DNA of 64,000 nt, from the sequence record DRR378314_424; one strand, given 5' to 3'. Shown piece after piece: positions 61,796 through 64,000 of this stretch. A model generated the notes under the pieces. It did not search any database and was not told where the DNA came from. It saw only the letters and a program-made list of their open reading frames with translations. The translations under genes and the position numbers were made by a program. Numbering within the stretch: position 1 is the stretch's first letter; each line of letters opens with the position of its first letter.

Positions 61796-62701
61796 TCAGC
61801 TGTTTTCTCGGGCTTCTTCCCGCTCTTTCACCACCCGCGTCTTCAACGGAATTGGAACAGCCTCTTCCCGGAACGATAGCGTGGATTGCGGGAATGGAAT
61901 GGTGATGCCCGCCTCGTCCAGCGCATCCTTCACCGCAAAGGCGACTTCGTCATAGGTTGCGCGTTGGTCCGCCGGACGGCTGCCGGACCACCAGAGCAGT
62001 TTGAAATCGATGGACGAGCCACCGAACGAGACACATTGCACGTCCATGGTTTCAGACTGCTCGACCGACTCACAGCCTGCCAGCGCGTCCTGCAACACCG
62101 ACTTGGCCTTGCGCATGTCGGTATCATAATCGACGCCGACCACGAGCTCCTGACGTTTCAGGGTGCGGTCGGTTTCAATATTGACCGGATTCTTGAACAG
62201 GTACGAATTCGGCACGATGACAAGCTCGCCATCCGTTTCCCGGACATGGGTTTCGCGGATCAAAATGCTCTCGACCCGGCCATACACGTCTTCGCATTCG
62301 ATCACATCACCGATCCGAAGCTTCTCGCGGCCAAGGATGATAACCCCTGCGAGGAAATTCTCGAACACGTCCTTGAACGCAAAGCCGATCGCGACCGATG
62401 TCAGGCCGAGACCGGCAATAATGTCAGATGGCGACACGGACGGGAAAATCACCGTCATCGCAATCGCAACGCCGACAATCCAGGCCGCGATGGAAATCAG
62501 GTTTTGCGCCAGTGTCACCAATGCGTCCCGAACCCGCGCGCGATGCATGGCCGTTGAGACAATCGCCCGGACAACACGGCCCGCAATCAGGGTCACAATC
62601 AGGATGACCAGCGCAATGGTAAGATTGGGCAGGCTCTTGAAGAAGGCTGAAGCCATGTTTTCGACTTCGGTCTTCAGGTCTTCAATGGGCGTAAACTCCA
62701 T
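61796..62701 (-). CDS. MscS family mechanosensitive channel
   Basis: GLTSVAIGFAFKDVFENFLAG, GDVIE, VPNS, GITIPFPQ. Confidence 0.95.
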   Translation of the reverse strand: MEFTPIEDLKTEVENMASAFFKSLPNLTIALVILIVTLIAGRVVRAIVSTAMHRARVRDALVTLAQNLISIAAWIVGVAIAMTVIFPSVSPSDIIAGLGLTSVAIGFAFKDVFENFLAGVIILGREKLRIGDVIECEDVYGRVESILIRETHVRETDGELVIVPNSYLFKNPVNIETDRTLKRQELVVGVDYDTDMRKAKSVLQDALAGCESVEQSETMDVQCVSFGGSSIDFKLLWWSGSRPADQRATYDEVAFAVKDALDEAGITIPFPQSTLSFREEAVPIPLKTRVVKEREEARENS

Positions 62702-62709
62702 CCGCGTGT

Positions 62710-62734
62710 AACGCGCGAACCCGGTTCAGGTTCC
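62710..62734 (-). promoter_or_regulatory. SigT/EcfG general-stress-type promoter
   Basis: Minus strand GGAAC-N16-CGTT ending 8 nt before the mscS ATG. Confidence 0.7.
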
Positions 62735-62736
62735 CA

Positions 62737-63489
62737 TCAATTGCAGTAACCGAGCTTGAGGACGGGTCCATAGCCGTCGAGGGCAAGACGAACATGGTGC
62801 GTGTCGTCGGAATTCGCGTCCGCCCGGATACGCCCAGCCAGCGCTCCGGCCTGCCCGGTAATCCGCCGCCGCCACAGCGCATAGCGTAGAGACTCCGGAT
62901 CAGCGGTGAGCGCAATGGCCCGGTCAAAACTGCTCAAGTCACATGCCTCCATCGCCAATTCCGCGAGGGAATGACCGAAATCGGCCTGTTCAAACGACCG
63001 GTCCAGTCCGCTTGCTGCAATTGGACGCCCGGCCAATTCGAACATCGCATCAACCACGCGCCGCCGGGTTGGAGCGTCCGGTGCCAGACGCGCGCCCTCT
63101 GCCATGATCTCAGGACGGCCAATATTGAAAGGCTGCGCCCCTGCCCGTGCATCGCGCAAAAATGCTGTCCAATTCCCCCGCGACAAAGCCGCCTTGGCCT
63201 TTTTCCTCGCATAGGGTTCGACGGCCTTCTCACGTCTCAGATCTGCGCCAAGCCGCGCCTGCCAGTGCCGCAGCAACAGCGTGTCGCCACTCTTCGCCAC
63301 GGTTTCCAGAAACGGCGCCTTCAACCGGCTCTGCTTTTCTGCGGGCAAGTGCTCAGCCGCCGACCAGATCGCGTCCAGCATGCACACCGCCTCATCAGCG
63401 GTGCCGCACGCCGGATGTTCGAACGCATGTGCAGCGTCCAAACCGAGCGCGGCAATGCTGAACAGCAAACTGGTCAGAAGGGATTTCAT
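62737..63489 (-). CDS. Hypothetical secreted protein
   Basis: Signal peptide ending AHA; Cys pair near the N-terminus; helical composition. Confidence 0.7.
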   Translation of the reverse strand: MKSLLTSLLFSIAALGLDAAHAFEHPACGTADEAVCMLDAIWSAAEHLPAEKQSRLKAPFLETVAKSGDTLLLRHWQARLGADLRREKAVEPYARKKAKAALSRGNWTAFLRDARAGAQPFNIGRPEIMAEGARLAPDAPTRRRVVDAMFELAGRPIAASGLDRSFEQADFGHSLAELAMEACDLSSFDRAIALTADPESLRYALWRRRITGQAGALAGRIRADANSDDTHHVRLALDGYGPVLKLGYCN

Positions 63490-63536
63490 GCTGCCCGGTT
63501 AGCAAGAAGCAGCTGAACCGGGCATGAGTAAGCCGC

Positions 63537-63959
63537 TCAGGAAGCCACCGTGCGCAGCCGAACGAAATGCTGGTCCCAGCCCTTGTCGTGACTTGTCAGC
63601 ATGTCGAACACATCACCGTCGAACGTTTCAAATCCGGAATGCACCAGTGTCAGTCGTGTGCCACCAAATGCGGATTCCAGCGTCCAGTCCACAATGGTTT
63701 CGTGTCCATTCAGGAACGCATGCGTAAATGTGTAACGCAGGCGATGAGGCGGCTCCGACACCAGAACCTTGCCCCAAATCATCTTCGGGTCGGGCTTGTC
63801 CGGGTTTTCGCGCAGCAGCGCATAGTCAGTGCCTGCGCTGAGGTCCGAATCTGCCTCGTGGAACCATCGCGCCAGCTTTTCCGGCTCGACAAGATAGGTC
63901 CAGACCCGTTCCGGCGCAGCGTTGATGAATATGGTTTTGGTAAGAGTGGCGTCAGTCAT
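63537..63959 (-). CDS. SRPBCC/AHSA1-like START domain protein
   Basis: INAAPERVW..PEKLARWF, EPPHRLRYTF, GTRLTLVHSGF, HDKGW. Confidence 0.92.
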   Translation of the reverse strand: MTDATLTKTIFINAAPERVWTYLVEPEKLARWFHEADSDLSAGTDYALLRENPDKPDPKMIWGKVLVSEPPHRLRYTFTHAFLNGHETIVDWTLESAFGGTRLTLVHSGFETFDGDVFDMLTSHDKGWDQHFVRLRTVAS

Positions 63960-64000
63960 CAGATCCCTCCACGGCCTGTTTCAGTTTGAGAAGTTTGTCG
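63952..64000 (-). CDS. 3' end of a probable ArsR-family regulator (truncated by window edge)
   Basis: ...DKLLKLKQAVEGSDD* overlapping the SRPBCC start, typical of ArsR-SRPBCC pairs. Confidence 0.55.
   Translation of the reverse strand, partial: DKLLKLKQAVEGSDD

Overview
High-GC alphaproteobacterial chromosomal segment; gene content and order suggest Caulobacterales/Hyphomonadaceae, which is an inference. The housekeeping and cell-cycle backbone is carB(5'-truncated)-greA-ELM1-like, mnmA, cheR-cheY-chpT, ydbH-ynbE-ydbL, an M23 peptidase, clpB, DUF4167-prmC-prfA, ispG-rodZ-ptsP-lysC/ubiG, uvrC, an aspartate aminotransferase, dps, an LsrB/VtlR-like LysR regulator, cckA, dksA, flbT, a MoxR ATPase and mscS. 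Small accessory modules are interspersed. I found no rRNA, tRNA, CRISPR array, transposase or prophage. The most notable unannotated signals are: (1) a ~115-nt sRNA candidate downstream of the LysR gene, with two anti-Shine-Dalgarno motifs, a terminator and a perfect upstream palindrome; (2) a membrane-anchored LytTR regulator with three phased 10-bp direct repeats, lying between an acyltransferase-3 gene and a CE15-like esterase lipoprotein; (3) a Zur-like box before a stand-alone MerC-family gene; (4) a highly structured leader before the disordered DUF4167 protein; (5) an HTH-WYL/VOC cassette with a clear operator; and (6) a divergent pair of Cys-rich orphan exported proteins. All product calls come from motif recognition by eye, not database searches.
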